A stretch of 64,000 bases of DNA. Origin: an uncultured Gammaproteobacteria bacterium. GTDB lineage: Bacteria; Patescibacteriota; Patescibacteriia; UBA1558; GWA2-36-10. A program made the translations under genes and the position numbers. A model generated the notes under the pieces. The model had not been told where the DNA came from. It saw only the letters and a program-made list of their open reading frames with translations, and did no database searches. Every line of letters starts with the position of its first letter. Position 1 is the stretch's first letter. The stretch is taken from positions 247 to 64,246 of the forward strand of contig CAYRIU010000033.1 of NCBI GenBank assembly GCA_964424615.1. The letters are read 5' to 3'. Below, piece by piece: positions 8,395 to 17,777 of the stretch.

Positions 8395-8960
8395 TGCCGA
8401 TAATCAGTAAAAAAATAAAACACCAAGGGCAAGAATTGGTTTTTAATATCAAGAGGCGAGCGAGGATAAGGTATGTGCGTCTGTCTATAGATAGTGCTGG
8501 TACTCTGACACTGACGGCCCCAAAATCTTATCCGTTTTTTTTATTAAAATTATTTGTGACTAAAAAATGGTCTTGGATCCTAGAAAAAAGTGAACAGAAA
8601 AAAAATAGCAAAAGTTTATTAGCTATCAAACATACTAAAGCGGAAATAAATCATTATAAAAAAATTACTAAACTTTTAGTTTTGGAGCGTTTAAAATATT
8701 TTAATCAATATTATAATTTTAATTTTAAAAATATTTCCGTGCGTGATCAAAAAAGTCGCTGGGGCTCTTGCTCATCGAGAGGTAATTTGAATTTTAATTA
8801 TCGCCTGAGTTTGCTACCTTTAGAATTAGCTGATTACATCATTGTGCATGAATTGTGTCATCTGCAAGAAATGAATCATAGTAATAATTTTTGGCAACTA
8901 GTGGCTCAAACTCAGCCAAACTATCAGCAGCTAAAAAAACAATTAAAAAGTCTTGTTTGA
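8394..8960 (+). CDS. YgjP-like metal-dependent hydrolase (DUF45/SprT-like, HExxH)
   Basis: C-terminal HELCHLQEMNHSNNFW motif typical of DUF45/YgjP; start codon overlaps the upstream stop. Confidence 0.55.
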   Translation: MPIISKKIKHQGQELVFNIKRRARIRYVRLSIDSAGTLTLTAPKSYPFFLLKLFVTKKWSWILEKSEQKKNSKSLLAIKHTKAEINHYKKITKLLVLERLKYFNQYYNFNFKNISVRDQKSRWGSCSSRGNLNFNYRLSLLPLELADYIIVHELCHLQEMNHSNNFWQLVAQTQPNYQQLKKQLKSLV

Positions 8961-8991
8961 CATTGGTTTTTATTTTTGTTAATCTCTGAAA

Positions 8992-9207
8992 GTCAAAATA
9001 TTGTTCATCGTCTGGGCACCGTAGGGTCATGCCTACTCCGCCGGGCTGGTAGCTGGTATTTTCTTGGCATGTCACGAGCACTGCTTGCTGATGTCTCAGG
9101 ATATGGCTCTGCTACTGCCCAGAGCCAACAAATCAACTACCTACCTTACGGTGCCTCAAATTTTCCAACCGCTCAAGTCGATACTTGGGCGGTTTTCTTA
9201 TTTTTTT
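8992..9207 (+). ncRNA. candidate small structured RNA with own promoter and intrinsic terminator (identity unknown; 6S-like long closing helix)
   Basis: Promoter TTGACA (8957-8962)-17-TAATCT. 12-bp long-range helix GGCACCGUAGGG (9017-9028) with CCUUACGGUGCC (9143-9154). 3' hairpin CCGCUCAAG-UCGAUA-CUUGGGCGG plus U-run (9169-9207). Embedded ORFs lack an SD and are GC-skewed. Confidence 0.4.
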
Positions 9208-9310
9208 AAATTAGATAATGTATATAACAATATAAATTATATAAATTGTCAAGAGCTGGTTAAGCTCTGTTTATTTTGGTAAAATTAGAACAATTATTTG
9301 TAAAAAAATT

Positions 9311-9844
9311 ATGTCAGAAAAAAAATATCAAAGACCAAATTGGGACCAGTATTTTATTGCTATTACCAAGATTATTGGCACACGCAGTTCTTGCGATCGT
9401 TTGCGAGCGGGCGCAGTTTTAGTCAAAGATAATCGTATCATTGCCACAGGATACAACGGTGCGCCTCAGGGCTTGCCAAACTGTGATGAAGTCGGACACA
9501 TGATGGAGGAGGGGCACTGTGTGCGTACTATTCACGCTGAGCACAATGCTATTTTGCAAGCGGCTAAACTATCTGGCACTAGTACAGATGGCACTACTCT
9601 ATACATGAAATATTTACCTTGCATCCATTGTTGTAAATATATAGTAGCTGCTGGCGTCAAACGCATTGTCTATGTAGCTGACTATCGAGCCTCTATAGCT
9701 ACAGAATATTTGAAGAGTGCTGGTATTGATGTTGATCAATATCAAGAAAATCACGACTGGAATAATATGATAGTTGATTTATTTTCTAAAGATATAGAAG
9801 TCATGCACCCCAAAGAGGGTGATGTAAAAATTGAAGAAGACTAA
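9311..9844 (+). CDS. dCMP deaminase (ComEB-like cytidine/deoxycytidylate deaminase)
   Basis: HAEHNAI...PCIHCCK zinc-binding CDA motifs. Confidence 0.8.
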   Translation: MSEKKYQRPNWDQYFIAITKIIGTRSSCDRLRAGAVLVKDNRIIATGYNGAPQGLPNCDEVGHMMEEGHCVRTIHAEHNAILQAAKLSGTSTDGTTLYMKYLPCIHCCKYIVAAGVKRIVYVADYRASIATEYLKSAGIDVDQYQENHDWNNMIVDLFSKDIEVMHPKEGDVKIEED

Positions 9845-10388
9845 AATGGAAAAAAGAATTTTTGGTTTTATCGGCATGATAGCTAGTGGCAAAGATACAG
9901 CGGCAGATTATTTAGTAAAAAATTATCAAGCTCAGCAAATAAAATTTTCTAGTAGTTTGACCGATGTGTTGAATCGCCTATATATACCCACCGTTCGAGA
10001 AAATTATCAAATACTTTCCAAAAGTTTACGAGAAAATTTTGGTCAAGATTTGTTTTCTAAAATAGTAGCTAGCGATGTCAGCAGTGCCACAGCAAGTGTA
10101 GTAGTAGTTGATGGTGTCAGACGACCAATGGATATTGAAAATTTGAAAAATATTCCAGGTTTCAAACTAGTAGCTATCGAAGTGGATGCCAAAACTAGAT
10201 TTGAACGCATCAAAAATAGAAAAGAAAAACAAGATGATGCTACCAAGACTTGGGAAGAGTTTCAAGCTGAGGATAAAGCTGAAGCAGAGATAGCTATCCC
10301 TGATCTCATGCAACAAGCTGATATAAAAATTGATAACTATGGCACTTTAGAAGATCTATATAAACAACTTGATAATTTGCTAAAATGA
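9831..10388 (+). CDS. P-loop nucleotide/deoxynucleotide kinase-like protein
   Basis: Walker [12 protein letters not shown] near the N-terminus, about 180 aa; embedded in a dNTP-metabolism cluster. Exact specificity unknown. Confidence 0.45.
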   Translation: MKKTKMEKRIFGFIGMIASGKDTAADYLVKNYQAQQIKFSSSLTDVLNRLYIPTVRENYQILSKSLRENFGQDLFSKIVASDVSSATASVVVVDGVRRPMDIENLKNIPGFKLVAIEVDAKTRFERIKNRKEKQDDATKTWEEFQAEDKAEAEIAIPDLMQQADIKIDNYGTLEDLYKQLDNLLK

Positions 10389-11281
10389 AACAATATTTAG
10401 ATCTGTTACAAAAAATAATGGACGAAGGTGTCGATAAAGGTGATAGAACTGGCGTCGGCACTAGGAGTGTTTTTGGTGCGCAGGCTAGATTTGATCTGGC
10501 TGATGGTTTCCCCTTATTGACTACCAAAAAAATGTTTTTAAAGGCCATCATCCATGAATTGATTTGGTTTGTCAGAGGTGATACCAATTTGAAATATCTG
10601 GTAGACAATGGCGTGCGTATCTGGAACGAATGGCCATTTCAAAAATATTTGGAAGCCAATAATTTGGCTACTAAGTATCCAAAGTATACACCAGAGTGGG
10701 AAGAGCAGATGCAAATTTATGTTGAGAAAGTAAAAACTGACGAAAAGTTTGCTAAAGAGTGGGGCGATCTAGGGCCGATCTATGGTAAGCAGTGGCGTGA
10801 TTTTGGTGGCGTTGACCAGCTCAAAGATGTCATTGAACGCATCAAGACTAATCCAAATGATAGACGTATGATAGTATCAGCTTGGAATCCGCCAGAAATA
10901 CCCAAGATGGCCTTGCCACCTTGCCATTGTTTTTTTCAGTTTTATGTCGCTGATGGTAAGTTATCTTTACAAATGTACCAAAGAAGTTGTGATACTTTTT
11001 TGGGTGTACCGTTTAATATAGCGTCTTATTCATTACTATTGATGATGGTAGCGCAAGTGACTGGACTGAAGCCCGGTACCTTTGTTCATGTTTACGGTGA
11101 TTTGCATATTTATCAAAATCATTTTGAGCAAGTCAAAGAGCAATTGTCTCGTATCCCTAGGAAATTGCCAACTATGAAAATAAATTCTAACGTCAAAAAT
11201 ATAGAGGATTTTAAATTTGAGGATTTTACTTTAGAAGATTATGATCCGCATCCTACTATCAAAGCACCGATCGCTGTATAA
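10385..11281 (+). CDS. thyA: thymidylate synthase
   Basis: [15 protein letters not shown]...[11 protein letters not shown]...[11 protein letters not shown]... classical ThyA. Confidence 0.95.
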   Translation: MKQYLDLLQKIMDEGVDKGDRTGVGTRSVFGAQARFDLADGFPLLTTKKMFLKAIIHELIWFVRGDTNLKYLVDNGVRIWNEWPFQKYLEANNLATKYPKYTPEWEEQMQIYVEKVKTDEKFAKEWGDLGPIYGKQWRDFGGVDQLKDVIERIKTNPNDRRMIVSAWNPPEIPKMALPPCHCFFQFYVADGKLSLQMYQRSCDTFLGVPFNIASYSLLLMMVAQVTGLKPGTFVHVYGDLHIYQNHFEQVKEQLSRIPRKLPTMKINSNVKNIEDFKFEDFTLEDYDPHPTIKAPIAV

Positions 11282-11283
11282 AT

Positions 11284-11787
11284 ATGAAAAAAACAACTAT
11301 TAGTATCATAGTAGCTATTGCTCGCGACAGGGGAATAGGCTATCAAAATAAATTATTGGTGCATTTGCCACCAGACTTGAAACACTTCAAAGCTATCACT
11401 TCTGGTCATGCAATCATCATGGGTCAAAACACTTTTGTGTCTATCGGTAAATCTTTGCCCAATAGAGAAAATATTATTTTGTCTTTGGATAAAAATTTTC
11501 AAGCTGACGCTTGTCGAGTTTTTGATAATATAGAAACTGCCTTAGAATATGCTAAACAGTCAGAGCAAACAAAAAATCCAGAGAATCCAGAAATATTTTT
11601 TATTGGAGGTGCTTCTATCTATAAACAAGCCATCCAATATGCTGATAAATTGTATGTTACTTTGATTGATGCTCAATATCCGGCCGATACTTTTTTTCCA
11701 GATTATAGCGATTTTAAAAATATCATCAAAGAAGAAGAGCAAGAATATGAGGGCTTAAAATTTAAATTTTTGGAATTAATAAAATAA
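11284..11787 (+). CDS. folA: dihydrofolate reductase
   Basis: ISIIVAIARDRGIG...LPPDLKHFKAITSGHAIIMGQNTF DHFR signature. Confidence 0.9.
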   Translation: MKKTTISIIVAIARDRGIGYQNKLLVHLPPDLKHFKAITSGHAIIMGQNTFVSIGKSLPNRENIILSLDKNFQADACRVFDNIETALEYAKQSEQTKNPENPEIFFIGGASIYKQAIQYADKLYVTLIDAQYPADTFFPDYSDFKNIIKEEEQEYEGLKFKFLELIK

Positions 11788-11809
11788 TAATATTGAGCGT
11801 AGCCGAAAT

Positions 11810-12232
11810 ATGAAAATTAAAATAAAAAAATTAGTACCAGAAGCTATATTACCACAAGTTTCTCGCGTGGGTGATTGTGCTATGGATCTGGTGTCTTGTA
11901 AAGATTATTCATTAAATCCTGGCGAAAAAATATTGGTTTCTACTGGTATTGCTGTAGAGATTCCAGCTGGCTTCTGGGGTAATATTAGAGACAGGTCGGG
12001 ACTAGCTGGCAAACATGGCTTGCATACTCTAGCTGGAGTTATTGATCCAAATTATCGTGGTGAAATTTTGGTAGCGATTATTAATTTGGGTAAAGAATCT
12101 TATCAGATCAAATGTGGTGATCGGATTGCTCAGATGTTGATTCAAAAATTTGAAGATATTGAAATAGAAGAGGTGCATAATTTGGAGGAGAGCAATAGAG
12201 GGGCTAATAATTTTGGCTCTAGTGGATATTAA
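11810..12232 (+). CDS. dut: dUTP diphosphatase
   Basis: RSGLAGKHGL...IDPNYRGEI...GDRIAQM dUTPase motifs. Confidence 0.9.
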   Translation: MKIKIKKLVPEAILPQVSRVGDCAMDLVSCKDYSLNPGEKILVSTGIAVEIPAGFWGNIRDRSGLAGKHGLHTLAGVIDPNYRGEILVAIINLGKESYQIKCGDRIAQMLIQKFEDIEIEEVHNLEESNRGANNFGSSGY

Positions 12233-12240
12233 AATAATAT

Positions 12241-12618
12241 ATGCCATTTTCATCAAAAAATATTATTGCTATAGTAGGTGCTTCCAATAATCCAGAAAAA
12301 TATGGCCATAAAGTTTTGGCTGATTTACAGGCGGCCGGTTGGCAGGTAATCCCTATCAACCCAAAAGAAGAAAATATTTTGGGTCTCAAAGTTTATCATT
12401 CTATTTTGGATGTACCAAAAAAAATAGATGGTGTAGTTTTTGTGACACCACCAGTAGTAACCAAACAAGTTTTGACGGAGGTGAATAAATTGTGCATTCA
12501 AGATGTCTGGTTTCAGCCTGGTTCTGCCAATCAAGCAATTGTAGATTTTTGTCAGGTCAATGACATGCATTGTATCAATGACGCTTGTATCATGGTACAA
12601 AAAAATAATTTAAAATAA
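12241..12618 (+). CDS. CoA-binding domain protein (YccU/YneT-like)
   Basis: IIAIVGASNNPEKYGHKVLADLQAAGWQVIPINPK typical of the CoA_binding_2 family. Confidence 0.6.
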   Translation: MPFSSKNIIAIVGASNNPEKYGHKVLADLQAAGWQVIPINPKEENILGLKVYHSILDVPKKIDGVVFVTPPVVTKQVLTEVNKLCIQDVWFQPGSANQAIVDFCQVNDMHCINDACIMVQKNNLK

Positions 12619-12644
12619 AAATTGTATTAAGAAAAGCGATTTTT

Positions 12645-12929
12645 ATGAAACAATATTTTGTTTATATTTTAGCCAGTAAGAATAATAAAGTTATCTATAT
12701 TGGTATTACTGATGATCTAGTGGGAAGAGTTTGGCAACATAAAAATGATGTAGTTGAAGGCTTTACCAAAAGATATCAAGTGCACAAGTTGGTATATTAT
12801 GAAATTATAGAAGATGTGACGGAGGCAATTTTAAGAGAAAAAAGAATGAAGAAATGGAAGCGTCAATGGAAAAATAATGTGATAAATGGATTTAATCCTA
12901 ATTGGGATGATTTGTATGATCAATTATAA
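12645..12929 (+). CDS. small GIY-YIG nuclease family protein (UPF0213-like), copy 1
   Basis: N-terminal YFVYILASKNNKVIYIGITDDLVGRVWQHKN GIY-YIG motif, 94 aa; followed directly by a palindromic repeat element. Confidence 0.7.
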   Translation: MKQYFVYILASKNNKVIYIGITDDLVGRVWQHKNDVVEGFTKRYQVHKLVYYEIIEDVTEAILREKRMKKWKRQWKNNVINGFNPNWDDLYDQL

Positions 12930-12962
12930 CACAATATATTATTAGATTTTGCATTTTATTTT

Positions 12963-13063
12963 GTCATTCCTGCGAAGGCAGGAATCTAGCTTGAGTAATG
13001 TTTAAGCGAGATCCCGCAACAAGTGCGGGATGACAGGTATAAAGCTGCGGATTCCAGAATGAC
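12963..13063. repeat. palindromic multi-hairpin repeat element, family A, copy 1
   Basis: GTCATTCCTGCGAAGGCAGGAATC (8-bp stem, GAAG loop), spacer, GATCCCGCAACAAGTGCGGGATGAC (8-bp stem), then a degenerate third module; terminal GTCAT...ATGAC. Confidence 0.75.
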
Positions 13064-13075
13064 AATAGAAACATT

Positions 13076-13690
13076 ATGCCAGGAAAATTCATAGTATTTG
13101 AAGGCGGAGAAAAATCAGGTAAAAGCACACAAATAGAGTTGCTGCAAAAATATTTGGAAAACAAAAATTACCAAGTAGCTTTGACGCGCGAGCCGGGAAG
13201 CAAGCTATCAGAAATCACGCAGAGCATTAGAGAAATTATTTTGAATAATAAAAATACTAGTTTGACGGCTCGCGCTGAATTATTACTTTTTTTGGCTGAT
13301 CGTGCCCAGCATACTGAGGCAATTGTTCGGCCAGCTTTGGCCAGCGGGCAGATTGTCTTGAGTGACAGGTTTGATGGATCTACATTTGCCTATCAGGGGG
13401 CAGCACGCCACTTGGAGCTTGAAGAGATAAAACCCCTGAATAATTGGGCAAAAAACGGACTAAATCCTGATTTAGTGGTATACTTAGACATAACACCAGA
13501 TCAAGCTGCTGAGAGATCGCGAGATGATAAGCATGACCGTCTGGATGCAGAAAGTCGAGCCTTTCATGAGGCTGTGCGTGCTGGCTATCTAGAGCAAGCC
13601 AAGCAGCCAAATTGGTTTACAGTTTCAGCACTTGGTGACATCCAAGACATTGCTGTGAAAATTCAAGAAGCAGTAGATAAGATAATTTAA
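13076..13690 (+). CDS. tmk: thymidylate kinase
   Basis: FIVFEGGEKSGKSTQ P-loop, DRF motif, LID region. Confidence 0.9.
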   Translation: MPGKFIVFEGGEKSGKSTQIELLQKYLENKNYQVALTREPGSKLSEITQSIREIILNNKNTSLTARAELLLFLADRAQHTEAIVRPALASGQIVLSDRFDGSTFAYQGAARHLELEEIKPLNNWAKNGLNPDLVVYLDITPDQAAERSRDDKHDRLDAESRAFHEAVRAGYLEQAKQPNWFTVSALGDIQDIAVKIQEAVDKII

Positions 13691-13693
13691 TAT

Positions 13694-15199
13694 ATGTCAA
13701 AATACGAAACAATTATCGGTTTAGAAATTCACTTGCAGCTTAAGACCAAGAGCAAGATGTTTTGCTCATGCTCCAATGATGGTGAAAATCAAAAACCCAA
13801 TACTACAGTCTGTCCAATTTGTTTGGGGCATCCTGGTACTTTGCCAGTGGTAAACAAAGAAGCGATAAAATTAGCTGTGCTTTTGTCTACGGCTTTGGGA
13901 TTTAAAATAAATAAAAAATCTAAATTTGATCGTAAGAATTATTTTTATCCAGATTTACCAAAGGGCTATCAGATTTCTCAGTTTGATGAGCCATTGGCCT
14001 CCGAGGGACATCTGATCATCGAACACAATGATAAAAAAATAAGGATTGGCATCGAGCGTTTGCATGTCGAGGAAGACTCCGCCAAAAATATTCATCACAA
14101 AAATGAAACCTTAGTAGATTTTAATCGAGCTGGTACGCCACTCGCTGAGATAGTGACCAAGCCAGATTTTCGTGATCCAGCCCAAGCTAAGATATTTGCT
14201 CAAGAGCTACGTCTGATTGCCCGCTACCTTGGTGTCTCTGATGCTGATATGGAAAAAGGTCATATGCGCTGTGATGCTAATATTTCATTGCGACCAAAAG
14301 GTGATACCAAGCTTTATGCTAAGACAGAAATTAAAAATATCAATTCTTTCAAGTCTTTAGAAAAAGCTTTGCTCTATGAAGTAGAGCGTCAGACCAAACT
14401 ATGGGATAAGAAGCAGGCACCAAAAATCACTGCTACTCGTGGCTGGGATGATGATCAGCAGATTACTGTCGAGCAGAGGACCAAAGAGGGCTCGGCTGAT
14501 TATCGCTATTTCCCAGAGCCTGATTTACCACCTCTAATTATTGATAAAGAAATTTTAGATTTTGCTAAACAAAATTTACCAGAGCTGCCCTTAGCCAAGC
14601 AATTTCGTTTTCGTAAAGAGTATGGTCTCAATGCTGAGGAAGCTAGATTTTTGGTCAATGAAAAATTTTGGTCAGGCTACTATGAAGAGGTGATGAGTGA
14701 ATTACGCGCTTGGCTCTGTCGCGATGAGAAGATCCACCCCGATAGTGATGAGGCTGATAAAATTTGGGATGAGCACAAAGCTAAATTTGCTCGCCTTACT
14801 TTTACTTGGCTGAGCAATGAATTGTTTAAATTGCTGGGTAATTATTCGGATTTTCATAAAGTAAAAATCAGCCCGGAAAATATGGCTGAATTAATAAAGC
14901 TAGTTTATCAAAAGAAAATCAATAATCCGAGTGCGCAAAGCATCTTGGTGAAGATGGTAAAAACTGGCGATGATCCATCGGTCCTAGCTGAAAAGATGGA
15001 CATAGCTCAGATCGATGATGCTGGCACGCTAGAAGATATGGTGATGAAAGTTATCATGCTCCATCCTCAGCAAGTAGAGCAATATCGCTCTGGTAAAATA
15101 GCTCTATTGCAGTTTTTCTTGGGCCAAGTGATGAGAGAAAGTAAGGGTAAAGCTAATCCACAGAAGATAGAGGAGATAATAAAAGAGAAGTTAAAGTAG
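13694..15199 (+). CDS. gatB: Asp-tRNA(Asn)/Glu-tRNA(Gln) amidotransferase subunit B
   Basis: MSKYETIIGLEIHLQLKTKSKMFCSC... canonical GatB N-terminus and GatB/YqeY C-terminal domain. Confidence 0.95.
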   Translation: MSKYETIIGLEIHLQLKTKSKMFCSCSNDGENQKPNTTVCPICLGHPGTLPVVNKEAIKLAVLLSTALGFKINKKSKFDRKNYFYPDLPKGYQISQFDEPLASEGHLIIEHNDKKIRIGIERLHVEEDSAKNIHHKNETLVDFNRAGTPLAEIVTKPDFRDPAQAKIFAQELRLIARYLGVSDADMEKGHMRCDANISLRPKGDTKLYAKTEIKNINSFKSLEKALLYEVERQTKLWDKKQAPKITATRGWDDDQQITVEQRTKEGSADYRYFPEPDLPPLIIDKEILDFAKQNLPELPLAKQFRFRKEYGLNAEEARFLVNEKFWSGYYEEVMSELRAWLCRDEKIHPDSDEADKIWDEHKAKFARLTFTWLSNELFKLLGNYSDFHKVKISPENMAELIKLVYQKKINNPSAQSILVKMVKTGDDPSVLAEKMDIAQIDDAGTLEDMVMKVIMLHPQQVEQYRSGKIALLQFFLGQVMRESKGKANPQKIEEIIKEKLK

Positions 15200-15222
15200 T
15201 TAAAAAAACATTTACTCAGACT

Positions 15223-15305
15223 GTCATTCCCGCGAAGGCGGGAATCTACCATTATTTTGCCGATTGGCCAATCAGTGGTAGATCCCGCATCAAGTGCGGG
15301 ATGAC
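15223..15305. repeat. palindromic multi-hairpin repeat element, family A, copy 2
   Basis: GTCATTCCCGCGAAGGCGGGAATC, central hairpin containing the perfect palindrome GATTGGCCAATC, then GATCCCGCATCAAGTGCGGGATGAC; same architecture as the copy at 12963. Confidence 0.8.
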
Positions 15306-15324
15306 AATAAAGTAAATGGTTTTT

Positions 15325-16230
15325 TTATTTTAAGAATTTATTTATCTCTTTTTCTATATCCACAAGGTTTAAATTCCAATGTATTTTGATACCTTGTTTT
15401 TCCATACGGCGAAACCAAGTCATCTGACGCTTGGCATAGTGACGAGTATTTTTTTTGATGAGCTCGGTAGCCTCAGTTAGGCTGATCAAGCCATCTAGAT
15501 ACTGGATGATTTCTTTGTAGCCAATACCACTCAAGGCATGATTGTCTTTGTCCTGATATTGGGCATAGACTTTTTTTACTTCGTCTATGAGTCCAGTGGC
15601 TATCATCTGCTCCACACGCTGATCAATTTTTTTGTACAGCGCTTCACGCTCTTGGTCAAGTCCAAAAATCAAATAGTCAAAAGGACAATTTTCAGTTTTT
15701 TGATCATTTTTTAAACTAGCCCTGAAAGCCAAAGTATATTCTAGGGCTCGTAAAACGCGAACTTTGTTTTTGGTATCAATACTGTTTAAAATCTCAGGGT
15801 CAGAAATTTCTAATTGCTTGATCAATTGCTCCAAAGTGTAGTGATCCAATTCCTTGCGTAAAGCTAGATCAGTTTTGGGTAATTGGTAGTTTTGTAAAAT
15901 AGAGGAGAGATAGAGGCCAGTGCCACCGCAGACTATTGCTAACTTGTGATTTTTATTGATTTCTTCAATTGTTTTGAAAGCCGCTTCTTGCCAATCATGC
16001 AGAGAATATTCTTGATCGGGTTTTACTATATCCAGCAAATAATGTTTGATGCCATCCTGTTCTTCTACGGTAGTCTTATTGCTACCAATATTTAGCTCTT
16101 GGTAGATTTGTCGGGAATCAGCAGATATTACTTCGCCATTAAATTTTTTGGCAATATCAATAGCCAAGGCCGATTTGCCAGAAGCAGTCGGACCAAGGAT
16201 GATTATGATTTTGGATTTAATATTAGGCAT
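15325..16230 (-). CDS. miaA: tRNA dimethylallyltransferase
   Basis: IIIILGPTASGKSALAIDIAKKFNGEVISADSRQIYQELNIG canonical MiaA N-terminus. Confidence 0.9.
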   Translation of the reverse strand: MPNIKSKIIIILGPTASGKSALAIDIAKKFNGEVISADSRQIYQELNIGSNKTTVEEQDGIKHYLLDIVKPDQEYSLHDWQEAAFKTIEEINKNHKLAIVCGGTGLYLSSILQNYQLPKTDLALRKELDHYTLEQLIKQLEISDPEILNSIDTKNKVRVLRALEYTLAFRASLKNDQKTENCPFDYLIFGLDQEREALYKKIDQRVEQMIATGLIDEVKKVYAQYQDKDNHALSGIGYKEIIQYLDGLISLTEATELIKKNTRHYAKRQMTWFRRMEKQGIKIHWNLNLVDIEKEINKFLK

Positions 16231-16413
16231 CTAATTTTTTGTGACAGGTGAATATATAAAATTAAACATAAATAGATATAATGAAATTATAACATCATAG
16301 CTACGAAGGGGCAATTTACAAAAACAGCCCTGAGCAAGGTTGAAAGGCTGTTCATGGTTTTGTTTACCGTAATAAAAATTTTCTCTATTGTTATAGAATA
16401 ATTTGGCAGTTTA

Positions 16414-16827
16414 TTAAGATAATTCTTTGGGGTGGTAGTACTTATTAACATTAAAATATTCACCAGGCTCTGCAAAACGCCATATTAGCCAATCTTCATA
16501 TGTTCCATTCCATTTTTTTGCTCGCAAAACACCATATCTTCCATTACTAGGAGTATGTGTGTGGTATAAAGTCCTGTCAGGACCCAAATATAATTCTTCG
16601 GTTGATCCATAAATGTCTCCCGCATTTCTACGATCATAAGCAATACTTTTTGATCCCTCTGGAAGCTCTACTATTTCATTACCACCAATGCATCGGTTAA
16701 AAATAGCCTCTATTTCCTCGGCGTTGTATACATTTTTAATTTCACCCTCCTGAATAGTTGTATTACTATCAGGTATTTTTGGTCCATTAACTTCTGCTTC
16801 TGGCGTTTCAAATTTTTCTTTCGGCAT
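16414..16827 (-). CDS. hypothetical protein (AT-rich islet gene A)
   Basis: 137-aa ORF, no recognisable family; in a very AT-rich segment between miaA and miaB. Possible terminator hairpin AACAGCC...GGCUGUU downstream on the minus strand. Confidence 0.4.
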   Translation of the reverse strand: MPKEKFETPEAEVNGPKIPDSNTTIQEGEIKNVYNAEEIEAIFNRCIGGNEIVELPEGSKSIAYDRRNAGDIYGSTEELYLGPDRTLYHTHTPSNGRYGVLRAKKWNGTYEDWLIWRFAEPGEYFNVNKYYHPKELS

Positions 16828-17023
16828 AGTTTTATAGTTAATTATTTATATTTTATATACTCATAATAGTTTTTTATTACGGCGTACAACAGGACAGCGT
16901 ATGCTAGGTCGCCAATGAATGGGACACTATATTTATGACTAAGTCGAGCACCCAATAGAGCGAGGTATGTAGGAATAAACTTATATATTATTAGATTATA
17001 TAAATTTTATCTGGATTAATAGA

Positions 17024-17599
17024 TTATGATGTAGCTTCTAGACGATTGATAGCTTCTTCAAATTGTTCAATAACTACGGAAACTTCCTTAGCTAGCTCTT
17101 CTTCTGTGAGCATATCTTCCTCATGTGGACCTTGTGCGTTCGTACTCTGATGAGAACCTGTGGCCGTTGGTTCATTATCCGTCCAAAATCGGATACTTCT
17201 TATATCATGATTGAAGCCTGCTGGCCAAGCGTCATAAGTGCTAATTTCTCCGATTTTTTCTTTTTCTAAATATCGCAGAATCCTTTTTATTGTTAGGGCA
17301 CCTGGTTCTTTGGCTACAAATTTGAAGATAGTAGCTTCTTCATCTTCGTTAAAATTAGTTTTTACCTTTTTTTTCTCTTCGTCAGTCGAGTCTAAAGTAA
17401 GTTTGCCAGCCTTTTTTAATTCTCGGAGTCTTTCAAAGATACGAGTTGACATTTCAAATAATTGTCTAGCACATTGCTCACGGACAGTGGTACTTTCTGG
17501 TCGTTTATTTAATTCCGCCTCATGTTTAGCAGCGTTTTCTCTGAGACGCTGTTCAATATCGGCGGGATTCGTGTAGATGCTTTCTCTTTCCATCCCCAT
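17024..17599 (-). CDS. hypothetical acidic helical protein (AT-rich islet gene B)
   Basis: 191-aa ORF rich in E/K and predicted helix; no recognisable family. Confidence 0.4.
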   Translation of the reverse strand: MGMERESIYTNPADIEQRLRENAAKHEAELNKRPESTTVREQCARQLFEMSTRIFERLRELKKAGKLTLDSTDEEKKKVKTNFNEDEEATIFKFVAKEPGALTIKRILRYLEKEKIGEISTYDAWPAGFNHDIRSIRFWTDNEPTATGSHQSTNAQGPHEEDMLTEEELAKEVSVVIEQFEEAINRLEATS

Positions 17600-17777
17600 A
17601 CTTTTATAAGTAATTTATTAATAATATATGTTAGTATAACATAATAATTTATAATTTTCAACTTGCTTTAAAGATAAAATTTACTTCATTTTATCAGTGT
17701 ATATTTGCACTATACCTTCAGTTTATCTCCAATCAGCCAAAAAGTAAATACAACAAAATGCCCGCTGGCTTTTTACC

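Noticed and set aside
8976-9282. ORFs 8976-9209 and 9064-9282
   Set aside because: No ribosome-binding site, overlap each other, and the segment has promoter, long-range helix and terminator features of an sRNA. Treated as non-coding.
12964-13164. ORF 12964-13164 on the minus strand
   Set aside because: Runs antisense through the palindromic repeat and into the tmk start. No SD, composition dominated by the repeat. Spurious.
16840-17020. Slightly GC-richer about 100-nt patch between genes A and B as a possible sRNA
   Set aside because: No promoter or terminator pairing and no convincing long-range helices. Left unannotated.
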